Of a stretch of 64,000 nt of DNA, positions 35,994 through 45,874 are shown one piece after another. Source of the stretch: a virus; IMG/VR virus record IMGVR_UViG_3300028042_000005, positions 1-64,000 of that record; one strand, written 5' to 3'. The position numbers and the translations under genes are program-made. A model generated the notes under the pieces. That model did no database searches. It was not told the origin of the DNA and worked only from the letters and a program-made list of their open reading frames with translations. Numbering within the stretch: the first letter of the stretch is position 1; each line of letters opens with the position of its first letter.

Positions 35994-36887
35994 ATGCTTA
36001 GCGCACCAGATGAGAGAACATTTTTTGCTACGGTTTCTAACTCGGATGACCCCGAGAAAAGAGGCCGTATCAAGGTTACCTGCGCTGCCCTACTAGGGGA
36101 CGAACAGCAGGAGTTGCCTGGATGGATTGAGCCGGCGCTTTTGTGGGGATGGTTTGCAATTCCCGATGTAGGGCAGCAGGTAACCGTTTTAGCGACTCTG
36201 GGAACTAGCGAGGATCTCTTCCAGCATCAATCAAGCATCACAAGCTTGCATGTTCGCTGGACGGGAACGACCTTGAACACAGATGAAGACGCCGATAACC
36301 CCAACGCTATTGGCTCTGAGTTCACAGATAAGAACTACGGAAAGAGAAGGGGGTTCAAGACACCGAAGGGTCACGTCATGCTTTTTGACGATACTACGGG
36401 AGACGAGCAGATTCAGATGACTTGGGCTGGAGGGCCTGAGGATGATAAGAAGACTGCATTTTGGAGCTTTGATAAGACGGGAAGTTTTATTTGTCAGGAC
36501 GCCTCTGGAGGGTTGTTTTATATGAACGGAGATAATGGAGAGGTCACAGTGATGAACTCTCACCAGCATCGAGTCGTCCTCTCTGAGGAGGGGATTTCCT
36601 TGGTCGACGCTCATGGCAACGCAATCATCATGAACGAAGCTGGAATCTCGTTTCAGTCTCAGGGACCCATAACATTTATGGGGACGGATCATGTGTTTAA
36701 TAATGGGTTGCACTTTAGTGGTTTGGATCAAATCCCAGTGAATGTCGGAGGCTTGTGCGCAGCGTTCCATGCGGCTACGCCAACGGGTGTGTCGATGACA
36801 AGTATCACGAATGCCAACATCTCAATTCCTGGACTTCCTACATGGCTGGCCCAACTAGGCGTTCTGAACGTCATCGCCGCGACATAG
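35994..36887 (+). CDS. Baseplate central spike protein (gpV/VgrG-like), 297 aa
   Basis: DDPEKRGRIKVTCAALLGD...LPGWIEPAL...PDVGQQVTVL matches the OB-fold motif of gpV-type spikes. Confidence 0.65.
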   Translation: MLSAPDERTFFATVSNSDDPEKRGRIKVTCAALLGDEQQELPGWIEPALLWGWFAIPDVGQQVTVLATLGTSEDLFQHQSSITSLHVRWTGTTLNTDEDADNPNAIGSEFTDKNYGKRRGFKTPKGHVMLFDDTTGDEQIQMTWAGGPEDDKKTAFWSFDKTGSFICQDASGGLFYMNGDNGEVTVMNSHQHRVVLSEEGISLVDAHGNAIIMNEAGISFQSQGPITFMGTDHVFNNGLHFSGLDQIPVNVGGLCAAFHAATPTGVSMTSITNANISIPGLPTWLAQLGVLNVIAAT

Positions 36888-36894
36888 GTTTGAT

Positions 36895-37173
36895 ATGCCA
36901 ACACAACTCTCAGATAAGTATTTAGAAGTTTTTGATGCCATGGAATCCTCGGAGGATGAGGATAAGTCTCAGATGGTTGCAGATGAGTTTGCAAGAGCGA
37001 TTGAAGAAGCGGTAGCGATTGTTCTTGCTGGGGACTTGAGCGTCTCTGGGGACGTCGGATTTGGGGGGAACGCTCCCATACCAGCTCCGGCCGTTGTTTA
37101 TGACGATGGTGACATTCCAGGAACTCTAGAAACGTTAATAACGGCCTTGTCGAATCTTGGTTTGATTAGCTAG
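36895..37173 (+). CDS. Hypothetical protein (92 aa)
   Basis: Complete ORF in the baseplate block. Confidence 0.45.
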   Translation: MPTQLSDKYLEVFDAMESSEDEDKSQMVADEFARAIEEAVAIVLAGDLSVSGDVGFGGNAPIPAPAVVYDDGDIPGTLETLITALSNLGLIS

Positions 37174-37183
37174 GTGGCAGGGG

Positions 37184-37414
37184 ATGTCAAAGTGTAAATT
37201 CCCAAGCCTTCCTCTTTGGCTTCCGCCTCTTCCCGCTCTTCCTCTTCCTGCCCTTCCCAGCATCCCTCTGCCGCCCCTTCCATCTCTTCCGGACCTTCCT
37301 GGCATCCCAAGCCTCCCCCTTTGGCTTCCGCCTCTTCCCGCTCTTCCCCTTCCTGCCCTTCCCAGCATCCCTCTGCCGCCATTGTTTGATATCCCTTCGT
37401 GTCCTCTAGACTAA
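37184..37414 (+). CDS. Leu/Pro-repeat micro-protein (76 aa); coding status uncertain
   Basis: The ATG at 37184 is in the operon orientation. The product is almost entirely LPxLP repeats, and the region is a polypyrimidine tract with ORFs open on both strands. Confidence 0.35.
   Translation: MSKCKFPSLPLWLPPLPALPLPALPSIPLPPLPSLPDLPGIPSLPLWLPPLPALPLPALPSIPLPPLFDIPSCPLD
37201..37380. repeat. Direct duplication of about 75 bp (37201-37275 and 37306-37380, period 105 bp) within a C/T-only tract
   Basis: Direct reading shows the two copies differ at about 3 positions. The + strand here is almost purine-free. Confidence 0.85.
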
Positions 37415-37445
37415 AAAGGGAATCCCGTAACTTGAAAGGTCCCCC

Positions 37446-37877
37446 ATGGCAAGTTTAAAGAAAGAATTCGAAACTGAAGATGTAAGAAAGCCCTCAGAAA
37501 GAAGAGCTGGGCTTGCGCTTCCTATTTCGAGAAACGGCCTTGGGAGGTTGAGTCTTATTTCCGGATCGGAGAATGATTTCAAGATCATATCTCTTGCTGT
37601 GATGTCTAACTCAAACACTAATGCATTCCAGCAACCTAGCGTTGATATTGACGAGGCCATTTTTGAAATGGACGACATCATGTTTAGAGCTTTGGTAAGA
37701 CGAAAGCTGGAGGCAATCTTTAGAGACTTTGATAGACAGCACAGGTATAGGCTAATTCAAGGTTCAATGAATTTTGTTTTCGATGGCTCTGGCTCAGTAA
37801 ACATTAGTTTTTCGTATCACAACATCGAAGCCGACAAGCCTGAGAACATTCAGGTGGAACTCAACACTACTACGTAG
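37446..37877 (+). CDS. Baseplate wedge protein, gp25/GPW-like (143 aa)
   Basis: Size, position before the J-like gene, and a pattern (GLALPISRNG...FEMDD...LEAIFRDFD...VNISFSYHNIE) consistent with the gp25 family. Confidence 0.5.
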   Translation: MASLKKEFETEDVRKPSERRAGLALPISRNGLGRLSLISGSENDFKIISLAVMSNSNTNAFQQPSVDIDEAIFEMDDIMFRALVRRKLEAIFRDFDRQHRYRLIQGSMNFVFDGSGSVNISFSYHNIEADKPENIQVELNTTT

Positions 37878-37884
37878 GAGTATC

Positions 37885-40074
37885 ATGACACAAGAAATCG
37901 TAGAGGTTCCAGACTTCAAGTTCGGTATTTATTACCCAGAGATTCTTGAGGCTCTTTTGGAGTTCAAGAGAGCTAATGTTCCTGAATTATCTGACGAGAG
38001 CGAATTTGAGCCAAGTATACAGCTTCTAAGAGCGTTCGCTATTGCGACTCATGAACATAACGTTCTTTTGGATGTCGTGGCTCAAGAGTCCGTGCTTTCT
38101 ACCGCTAGGCTTGTTGAGTCCGTCCGCGCCCTTTTGAAGAGTCAGGGTTACCAGCTCCGTAGCGCCCAGCCTGCTAAGGCTAGTTTGGTGCTAGAGCTTT
38201 CTGGCCCCATCAACACCCCTAGAGTTATTGCTCCCGCTGGCGCTCAATTCTCTACAGAGAGAGACTCGGTTACTGGAAGTACGTCATATTTCCAAGCAGA
38301 CGATACAGTCTCATCCTCTGAGACGGAACTCTTTAGTTCTGTGTTTTCGACCGAGGACGATATCTGGACGAACAGAACGGCTTCGTGTAACACGCCAACG
38401 ACACCCACAACAGATTGGACTCCATGGGGAACCCCAACGACTGGAGACTCCTTATATTTTTGTCATGACTCAGTCATGTGGGATCGTTTGGACATGTTTG
38501 TCTCGAACGAAACCGTTCCTGACTCTGGGTTTGGAGTTTGGGAGTACTATAACGGGGATACTGTTAGGGCTCGACCTGATACCGCTGTTCATATTGGGTC
38601 CAGAATCAGATTTGTGGTCAACAGCTATCTTGGAGAAGAAAATAGAAACGGCACCATCATTCGGGTACGTTTGAACTCAACTCTCGACTATGAAGACGGA
38701 ACGGTATTCTGGGATGGTCTACAAAATGTTGTTGAGGTTGGGCTTATCGGCCAAGCCTTCCCCAGCCAGGTTGCCAGCGATTATACGGTCGGTTCCGAGT
38801 GGGAACCTCTATCTGGCTTGGTAACATCTAGTGGAGTCGGAGATTTGTATGTTGGTGTTGATGATGAGTTGTCTTGGACGCTTCCTCAATCCTCTAGCCA
38901 AAACTGGGTGAAGACCGAGCTTCAGGGGGTTGAAGGGTACTGGATGAGGTTTCGTTGGATTGAAGCTCCGTCATCCGGACCTACCATGAGATATATTCGG
39001 ATGGTTGAGGGCAAGCAGTACATCAAATGCTCAGTTACTCAGGGTAGGGAGTTTGTCGACTCCCCATTAGGCTCTAGCGATGGAACTTCTAACCAAACAT
39101 TCTCTGGTTCTAAATCCAATTTTATTGATGATGGAAACGACGAGCTTCTTGTTGATGGAGTAGTTTGGGAAAGGGTTTCTGACTTTCTCTCTAGTTCCCC
39201 AACAGATCAACACTATGTTGTTGAGCTTACTGGCGAAGATGCTTCTGGGTTAGTTTTGTTTGGGAATGGAACGACAGGGGCAGTTCCAAACTTCGGAGTT
39301 TCGAACCTTGTTTGGACGTATAGATATGGTGCCTCTGAGGACGGTAACGTTGGTCCATCGTCCATAGTGAAGGATCTAAGTTCTCTGGTTTATGTGAATA
39401 GAACTTGGAACCCTAGGCAGGCTATTGGCTGGAGCGCTCAGGAAGGCGGTACCGAGCAGTCCTTGCAAAGGGCCAAGCAACTTGCCGCAAGGATGAACCA
39501 AACGAAGGGCGTTGCGGTCTCTGCTGATGACCTGCCTCCGCTAACGGTGAGGTATCAAGACTCCGAGGGCTCTAGCCCATTTGCAAGAGCTTTCGCGATT
39601 GAAGAAGCTTATGGCCCAAAAACAATTGGCTTGGTTGTAATGCCTTCTGGAGGATCTGTAGCTACTCAAAATGAGCTTGATGATTTGGCTACGTTTTTCA
39701 ATGGGGACAAGACCGTCTCTCCAGCAATCAAAGCTAGACTGGTCTCTAATCACAGAGTCGTTGCTATAAACTTTGAGCCCAGGAGTATAGATATTGATGC
39801 GATTGTTTATGCGAAGAACGTAACTCGACAGGAGGTTGAGAATAATCTACGAACCATCTTCCAGCCGGATGCGAAAGACTCTAGCGGCAATTGGATTTGG
39901 GAGTTTGCAGATTTGATTTCCGTCTCCAGAATCGATCATGAGATTCATAAGATATCTGCGAACATCAAAACCGTTACCATAAACTCCCCAACTCAAGATT
40001 TGAAGCTTGACGGAAGAGAGCTTCCTGTAATAGGAACTCTAAATATTACTGTCATCGACCCAAGTAAAGGATAA
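37885..40074 (+). CDS. Baseplate J-like (gp6/gpJ family) protein, 729 aa
   Basis: It follows the gp25-like gene. The size fits, and it contains the central motif GNGTTGAVPNFG...EDGNVG. Confidence 0.5.
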   Translation: MTQEIVEVPDFKFGIYYPEILEALLEFKRANVPELSDESEFEPSIQLLRAFAIATHEHNVLLDVVAQESVLSTARLVESVRALLKSQGYQLRSAQPAKASLVLELSGPINTPRVIAPAGAQFSTERDSVTGSTSYFQADDTVSSSETELFSSVFSTEDDIWTNRTASCNTPTTPTTDWTPWGTPTTGDSLYFCHDSVMWDRLDMFVSNETVPDSGFGVWEYYNGDTVRARPDTAVHIGSRIRFVVNSYLGEENRNGTIIRVRLNSTLDYEDGTVFWDGLQNVVEVGLIGQAFPSQVASDYTVGSEWEPLSGLVTSSGVGDLYVGVDDELSWTLPQSSSQNWVKTELQGVEGYWMRFRWIEAPSSGPTMRYIRMVEGKQYIKCSVTQGREFVDSPLGSSDGTSNQTFSGSKSNFIDDGNDELLVDGVVWERVSDFLSSSPTDQHYVVELTGEDASGLVLFGNGTTGAVPNFGVSNLVWTYRYGASEDGNVGPSSIVKDLSSLVYVNRTWNPRQAIGWSAQEGGTEQSLQRAKQLAARMNQTKGVAVSADDLPPLTVRYQDSEGSSPFARAFAIEEAYGPKTIGLVVMPSGGSVATQNELDDLATFFNGDKTVSPAIKARLVSNHRVVAINFEPRSIDIDAIVYAKNVTRQEVENNLRTIFQPDAKDSSGNWIWEFADLISVSRIDHEIHKISANIKTVTINSPTQDLKLDGRELPVIGTLNITVIDPSKG

Positions 40075-40078
40075 GGGA

Positions 40079-41236
40079 ATGTCGCTACCACGAGTACTTT
40101 CGGCATCTTCAGAGAGCAGTACAAGAATTGCCGTTTTGTTTGATCAGGCTATGAACCCTGATGTTGAACTTACCGACATTTCCAACTATTCCGTGTCCCC
40201 AGCAATCCCGAGCTTCTCAAGCTCCACCGTTTCTGTTGTCACTCCATCATCTGTAGAAATCTCCCTTCCGATTAACATGCTGGGAGGGCAAGAGTATGAG
40301 ATTGACGTGTCTCAACAGTTGACTAACGCAGGGCTTGAAGTTCTTAATTTTGAATACACGAGCGCAAGGTTTGTTGGTGTAGGAGACGACCCTTCCATTA
40401 ACTCCGCCGTTGCCACAACAAACTCAACCATTACGATTGTTTTTTCTGAGCCGATGCAATTGCTAGAGTTATCTGATCCAGGTAACTTTTATTCCGCAAG
40501 CAGAAATACAGGAAGAAGAATTCCGATCACATCTTCTAGCCCAGTACAAGATGGTGATGGGTTTTATAGGAGTACAATTCTTGGTATTTCTAGCGCAGGA
40601 AAGATGACTAACTCCGGCCTTCATTTGCTGGAGGCCCGTGGACTTTTCGACGTAGTTGGGAACGGCGGCTCAACGTATGTATCGGAATTTGTTGGTATCG
40701 CAGACCTCCCAACCGTTCTCAGCTCAATGATGTTTGAGGAAGAGAGGGTTTTGCGGGTTACATTCGATTCCGCTATGTCTGAGACATGGGCGACGGCACC
40801 AGGAGCGCTTTCTATAACATCGACCGACCCAGGAGTTCCCTCCAGTTTTTACAGTCGTTCGGAGTTATCTGATGATGGCACGGTCCTTTCGTTGTGGGTC
40901 TCAGAACTCAGAATTGGTGCACCATATATTGTTCGGGCGACAAACGTAGTTCAAGACGAGTATGGCAACGCTGTAAATCCTGGACTAAATTCATTCTCGT
41001 TTACTGGAGTTGGGAACATTCCCGTTTTAGACGGGGCGCTTTCCGTTGGAAGAAACAGGATGAACTTATCCTTTTCTGAAAATATTAGAGACAATCCGCA
41101 ATCTAGGGATGTAACTAGATATACTTCTGATAACGGACTTGTAATTCTGTCCGTTTTAGAAGTTGTGAAAAACGAGGTTTGGCTGGTGACAACCGATCAG
41201 ATTTCTGGACAAACTTACACGATAACGGTGACCTAA
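40079..41236 (+). CDS. Baseplate/fibre-associated protein with about four Ig-like (SbsA/Big-type) repeats, 385 aa
   Basis: A motif recurs four times: STRIAVLFDQAM, STITIVFSEPM, RVLRVTFDSAM, RMNLSFSENI. Confidence 0.45.
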   Translation: MSLPRVLSASSESSTRIAVLFDQAMNPDVELTDISNYSVSPAIPSFSSSTVSVVTPSSVEISLPINMLGGQEYEIDVSQQLTNAGLEVLNFEYTSARFVGVGDDPSINSAVATTNSTITIVFSEPMQLLELSDPGNFYSASRNTGRRIPITSSSPVQDGDGFYRSTILGISSAGKMTNSGLHLLEARGLFDVVGNGGSTYVSEFVGIADLPTVLSSMMFEEERVLRVTFDSAMSETWATAPGALSITSTDPGVPSSFYSRSELSDDGTVLSLWVSELRIGAPYIVRATNVVQDEYGNAVNPGLNSFSFTGVGNIPVLDGALSVGRNRMNLSFSENIRDNPQSRDVTRYTSDNGLVILSVLEVVKNEVWLVTTDQISGQTYTITVT

Positions 41237-42577
41237 ATGCCAAATATTCTAACTGATGGCTCTACAGTTTATGGCGCAGCAGCCGTTTTCTCTGGAGTTA
41301 AAAGCAATGCCGTTGCCAGAACTGCCGCGGAGACTGACACTTATGTAACTTCTCAGTGGGGAGAGGAAGTTGATACAGCCCTTTTGAATGTGGCTGCGTT
41401 CTTTGAGGGGACTGCTGGCGCTGGTCAGCTCGGAACATTCATGTCCATGATTGGCGGGTTTGAATGTGCGGAAAATGCCGGGTTTGCGGGAGCGTCTGGG
41501 TCTGATGTTGTTGGGACTGGTATTGCAGTTGGTGATAGCGCAGTCGATACCAACGACATCCAAATTCAATCGACAGTCTCCAGCAGAGTTCTGTTTGGGT
41601 CTCCAGCGGACGTCGATGTAGGCATTCTTCTATACGAACACTCGACTGAAACTTTTGTTTTGACCGCCGACGCGACGTCGTTTGGCGTTCTTGGAGTATC
41701 TAGTTCTGTGTTTGGAACTGGCGCAGCATCACATATCCTTGGGGTCGATGGAGGATCAACGTCAGGTCTGGAGCCTAGTCTATCTCTTAGACAGGGAGGT
41801 GTCGAAGTTTGTGCCCTCGAAGCCCAAACAGACGGAAGGCTTGAAGTTACCGCAACTGGAGGAATCGATATCCCAACTATTAGAGCTGGGCTCAGAATTG
41901 GAACAAACGATACCGCAAGCGCAAGCCATGGGCTTATGTTTTACAACGGCTCGAGACTTGTTGTTAGAAACGAAGCTAATAGCGCGTACCAGCCGCTACA
42001 AACTAGTGAGCTTTATATTGGATCTGGAATCACGATTAGCTCAGGATCTGGGAGCCCAGAGGGAGTTCTGACGCGAGGTCGAGGTAGTTGGTATATTGAT
42101 GAGTCTGCTGGACAGTCCTATATCAAATCTACAACAACGGGAAATACTGGGTGGTCGGTTCAGGGAGGAGGGGGCTCATCTTTGGTCCACTATGAATCGT
42201 TTTCATTCGATAGGTCGACAAGCTCGACGGATTGCTGGGTTTCATTTGGGGGATTCATCGCAGAGGTCTCTCAATCAAGTACTCCCAGAACGTACTGTGT
42301 TTGGTCTGTACCTTTCACGGGAACGGTCGGGAGCGTCCGTATAACATCTGAATTCAACCCCGGAGTAACTAGTCTCCAATTCTACGAAACAGACAGAGTG
42401 ACGACTATTGGTGTTGCTGGGACTGGTACCGCGACGTTGCTATTTGGCTCCGTCCACGCAATAGATTACACATTCTTGACTCCAGTCGATCTTACGGAGG
42501 GGCAGCGCGTTCTTCTTCGATTCAACATAACTGGGCCAGTCGGAGAAGTCTCCGGAAACATTGAACTCACGGAATAA
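41237..42577 (+). CDS. Tail fibre-like protein (446 aa)
   Basis: Gly/Ser/Thr-rich and located in the fibre block. Its ATG abuts the previous stop. Confidence 0.45.
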   Translation: MPNILTDGSTVYGAAAVFSGVKSNAVARTAAETDTYVTSQWGEEVDTALLNVAAFFEGTAGAGQLGTFMSMIGGFECAENAGFAGASGSDVVGTGIAVGDSAVDTNDIQIQSTVSSRVLFGSPADVDVGILLYEHSTETFVLTADATSFGVLGVSSSVFGTGAASHILGVDGGSTSGLEPSLSLRQGGVEVCALEAQTDGRLEVTATGGIDIPTIRAGLRIGTNDTASASHGLMFYNGSRLVVRNEANSAYQPLQTSELYIGSGITISSGSGSPEGVLTRGRGSWYIDESAGQSYIKSTTTGNTGWSVQGGGGSSLVHYESFSFDRSTSSTDCWVSFGGFIAEVSQSSTPRTYCVWSVPFTGTVGSVRITSEFNPGVTSLQFYETDRVTTIGVAGTGTATLLFGSVHAIDYTFLTPVDLTEGQRVLLRFNITGPVGEVSGNIELTE

Positions 42578-42582
42578 AGAAT

Positions 42583-44583
42583 ATGACAAACGGATTTTCT
42601 TCAGGGGGCGCTGGTTTCGGCGCAGGTGGCGGTTCTGGTGCTGGGGACGGCTCATTCGAATCGATTCTTAGGATTGAGACTCAAACCGCAGGAAGTACAC
42701 TCGCTGCGTTTACGCCCCTTAGGTTGAGTTCTGGCCAATATGTTGCGGCCAATGCCACCACTCAGGCAGACTCTGCAGTACTGGGGCTATCTATTGCTTC
42801 GGTAGTTTCTGGCGCAGAGTTTTCTTTGGTGAAAAACGGCCTCGTTGTTGGTGCCATTTCTAGCGCAACTCCTGGGAGACGGTATTATCTGTCTCCTTCT
42901 GGCGGACTTACCGTTACTGTACCCACTACACCTGGCCAGTACATTGTTGAGGTTGGTCGTGCCGTGTCTTCGACGGACCTATGGGTCGACGTTCAGGCTC
43001 CCAGCCTAATCCCTGTCATTCCTTCGTCTGGAGACGAGAGAACCATTGACTTTGGGCCAATCAACGAAGAGTTCTCGGAAGAGATTGCAAGAGATTTGGG
43101 GCGGATGGGCTCTCAGATTGTTGGGCACCACTTCATTTTAGATTCTACGTATTATGTCTGGTATAGGCATGGCAGCGCAGGCTTTGATCCCGGAACGTCC
43201 GGATATGCTGCAGAGCTTAGTGGATTGACCGGAATCCAAGTCACTCTCCCAGCAGGAAACGTCACCGCAGCGGCCGTCGCTACCGCCACAGCTTCTGCAA
43301 TCGATGGAGTTGGCAGCTATACAGCTGTTGCGACAGGTGGCTCAATCACAGTCCAAGAACTTACGACTGTGGCCGCAGGAGGGACGTCGTACTCTGCGTC
43401 AGGAGCTGCTGGAGTTTTCGGCAACCTAGACAACCGAATGATTGGGTTGAATAGTTTTTCTGGCGCAACGCTTAGAGCTAGCCAGTTTGATTTGACCAGA
43501 CTCCCAGCAACTCCATTCATTATTACTGGACTGCGGCTTGGTATTGGAGACACTCACGCAGGTCAATGCGCTATTGCCATCTACCAGGGCGGCCCCGCTG
43601 ACGGGGACTATAACACCGCGACTTTGCTTGGCACCATTGGCTCTACAACTGGATCTGGAACTGACGAAGAGCAGTTCATCGTTTGCACTGACGGAGTGCT
43701 CGTCGATCCCTCTGCCGGAAGACTTTGGGTTGCATGGGCCCATCAAGCTGGGGCGTTTGAAATGTCGTTTACATGGGGAAGTCAACCTCAAGCTTCTGAC
43801 GTTGATTATCTTTTAACTGGAGGCCAAGGTTCTCATGTCATGACAGCTGGAACCTCATTTTCTGATGTCGCCAGCTTCCCAGGAACCTTGGGGTCTGTGG
43901 CAGCTTCAGAACTCGGAATTCCGTCATTCATGTTCTCTTATGTTTCGACAACCTTCCACAGCGACATGACTCCAGTTGGAAGAATCGGAACAAGAGAACA
44001 AGATGGTTCTTTGTTCTTAGGAGCGTCATCCGCACCGCTGCTTGTTGGTAACTCGTTTACGACGCCAAACTTGCTGGGAATGGAAGTTCTTAGCGCAAGT
44101 GTAAACTATGATACTCACGTCTCCGGATCGGATTATAGACTTGAGATTGCGACCGGAGGAACTGCGGATAACAACTTCAACGGCGCCGTCTGGCAGGATA
44201 TTGGACAAACGACTGGAACATCTTTAGGTTGGGTTGATGTAGACGCGCCGTCTGGCGTTTCGATTGCTCCCAGCTCTAGAGTATTTATCACCATCGAGTT
44301 TGATGGCGGAGCATCTGCGTTGGCGTTTGATGATGATACGGCGCCCGGCGCCTATGGGGATCAAAACATCAACCCCGCCGCATATTACAACGGAGGCTCG
44401 ACGGAATCTGAAGTTGACGATGGATCGCTTGGCGGAACGGCAACAACTACTGTAGACTTTGATCCGTCTACAGCTTTGGTAGGAACTCAGACGTTCGACG
44501 GTACGATATATAACAACGGAAACCATGTTGGTGTGAGAATGCTTTATCACATCCCTGGATTCGTTATTCAACCAGCAGTATAA
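42583..44583 (+). CDS. Tail fibre-like protein (666 aa)
   Basis: Gly-rich N-terminus and Gly/Ser/Thr/Ala-rich body, located in the fibre block. Confidence 0.45.
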   Translation: MTNGFSSGGAGFGAGGGSGAGDGSFESILRIETQTAGSTLAAFTPLRLSSGQYVAANATTQADSAVLGLSIASVVSGAEFSLVKNGLVVGAISSATPGRRYYLSPSGGLTVTVPTTPGQYIVEVGRAVSSTDLWVDVQAPSLIPVIPSSGDERTIDFGPINEEFSEEIARDLGRMGSQIVGHHFILDSTYYVWYRHGSAGFDPGTSGYAAELSGLTGIQVTLPAGNVTAAAVATATASAIDGVGSYTAVATGGSITVQELTTVAAGGTSYSASGAAGVFGNLDNRMIGLNSFSGATLRASQFDLTRLPATPFIITGLRLGIGDTHAGQCAIAIYQGGPADGDYNTATLLGTIGSTTGSGTDEEQFIVCTDGVLVDPSAGRLWVAWAHQAGAFEMSFTWGSQPQASDVDYLLTGGQGSHVMTAGTSFSDVASFPGTLGSVAASELGIPSFMFSYVSTTFHSDMTPVGRIGTREQDGSLFLGASSAPLLVGNSFTTPNLLGMEVLSASVNYDTHVSGSDYRLEIATGGTADNNFNGAVWQDIGQTTGTSLGWVDVDAPSGVSIAPSSRVFITIEFDGGASALAFDDDTAPGAYGDQNINPAAYYNGGSTESEVDDGSLGGTATTTVDFDPSTALVGTQTFDGTIYNNGNHVGVRMLYHIPGFVIQPAV

Positions 44584-44594
44584 GGAGTTTTTGA

Positions 44595-45866
44595 ATGGCT
44601 GATGCAACATGGTCGGTAGAATGGGGCGACGCGACGTGGGGAGAAGGAGAGGCGGCCGCAAGTCTTGGTATCGTCGATATGGCTGGAAACCCCATGACTT
44701 CTGGAAGTCAGGTTTCTTGCGCCGGCTATGTTAGCGACGACTCCGCGTATTCCTCAAATAGAATTTACGACGCTCATATTCAGAGCTTGAGAGATACTGA
44801 TTTCTCTAATGGAGGATTGTTCTGGAAGAGATATTGTGAGGGCCCAGAGCAAGTTAGAATTAATCAGAACTCAAGAATTCTGAGTCTTGGAACTTTGGCA
44901 AATGTCAACAAAATCTCTGACGAAAATGTTGGTATCTTGCCTCTCACATATGGTTGGGATCAGATCTCTGAACGAGAAATTTTGTCTCGAATTGCTCCTG
45001 ACCGCTTACGCTTGGTTATTGCCTCCAGCCACGACCTCTGGGAGCGCAGAGGGGCCTCTGGTTCTATTGTAGAGGTTTTGAACGTAGTGGCCGGCGTAAG
45101 AGCTTTCGAATTCGACTGGTTCGATGACAGGTGGGTCCTTGGCGAAAACAGCCTCAACGACATTATCATGATGTCTGTGGATGGTCGTCGCGAGTCTCAA
45201 ATTCTGATAGACGACCCAACAAAAAAATACGACAGAATCCTTCTGACTAAGATTGTCCAAAAATGGAGAGCTTCTGGAGAGAGGATTACATTAACATGGG
45301 TTGACTTCGTTGACTACTTTAATGATTTGAGTCAAGGATGGCAGGCTCAATCTGGAACGTTCTCGATTGATGCGGGCGCTAGGGTAATGTCGATTCCAGG
45401 AGGGCCAACGTCCAGAATTATGGTTCCGGATGAACGAAGTGACCTTGCGAACAGTATTCTCAAAACTGTGGTGCAATTTACTGGAAACTCAGAGTTCGGA
45501 ATTTTGGCGCGAAGCAATTCTTCCGGCTCTGGTGTTGAGGCTTTAGTTTCTGCTCTTGATACTGCAAGAATCGTGAGTAATGGAGTTACATTAGCGTCGG
45601 GAACTCTTGAATCCCTTGGAATCTTTTTGAACTCCGGGTTTGATGTGGATCTTAGGGTGCATATCCACGAAACAGTTATCGAATTGTTTGTGAATGAACA
45701 AAAGGTTCTTGAAGCGGCGGATCCGTCTATCCAAAACGATGGCCTTTGTGGAATCTATGCGGATACAGGAACAAGCCTTTCCGTTCAAAGCTTCGAAGCC
45801 CTTCCGCTTCCGGGAGACAATATTTACATTGGGCTGAATGGCGAGACAAGAGTCTTCCCAGCATAA
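44595..45866 (+). CDS. P2 gpI-like baseplate/tail protein with a C-terminal lectin-like domain (423 aa)
   Basis: LPLTYGWDQISEREILSRIAP...HDLWERRGASGSIVEVLNVVAGV resembles the gpI pattern (w.e...R....a...y..kGT). Confidence 0.4.
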   Translation: MADATWSVEWGDATWGEGEAAASLGIVDMAGNPMTSGSQVSCAGYVSDDSAYSSNRIYDAHIQSLRDTDFSNGGLFWKRYCEGPEQVRINQNSRILSLGTLANVNKISDENVGILPLTYGWDQISEREILSRIAPDRLRLVIASSHDLWERRGASGSIVEVLNVVAGVRAFEFDWFDDRWVLGENSLNDIIMMSVDGRRESQILIDDPTKKYDRILLTKIVQKWRASGERITLTWVDFVDYFNDLSQGWQAQSGTFSIDAGARVMSIPGGPTSRIMVPDERSDLANSILKTVVQFTGNSEFGILARSNSSGSGVEALVSALDTARIVSNGVTLASGTLESLGIFLNSGFDVDLRVHIHETVIELFVNEQKVLEAADPSIQNDGLCGIYADTGTSLSVQSFEALPLPGDNIYIGLNGETRVFPA

Positions 45867-45874
45867 GGATCACT

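Noticed and set aside
37135-37382. Minus-strand Gly/Arg-rich and Glu/Gly-rich ORFs across the polypyrimidine tract
   Set aside because: They run opposite to the whole baseplate operon and lack plausible starts. They arise automatically from a purine-only template strand. The ambiguity is noted in the corresponding finding.
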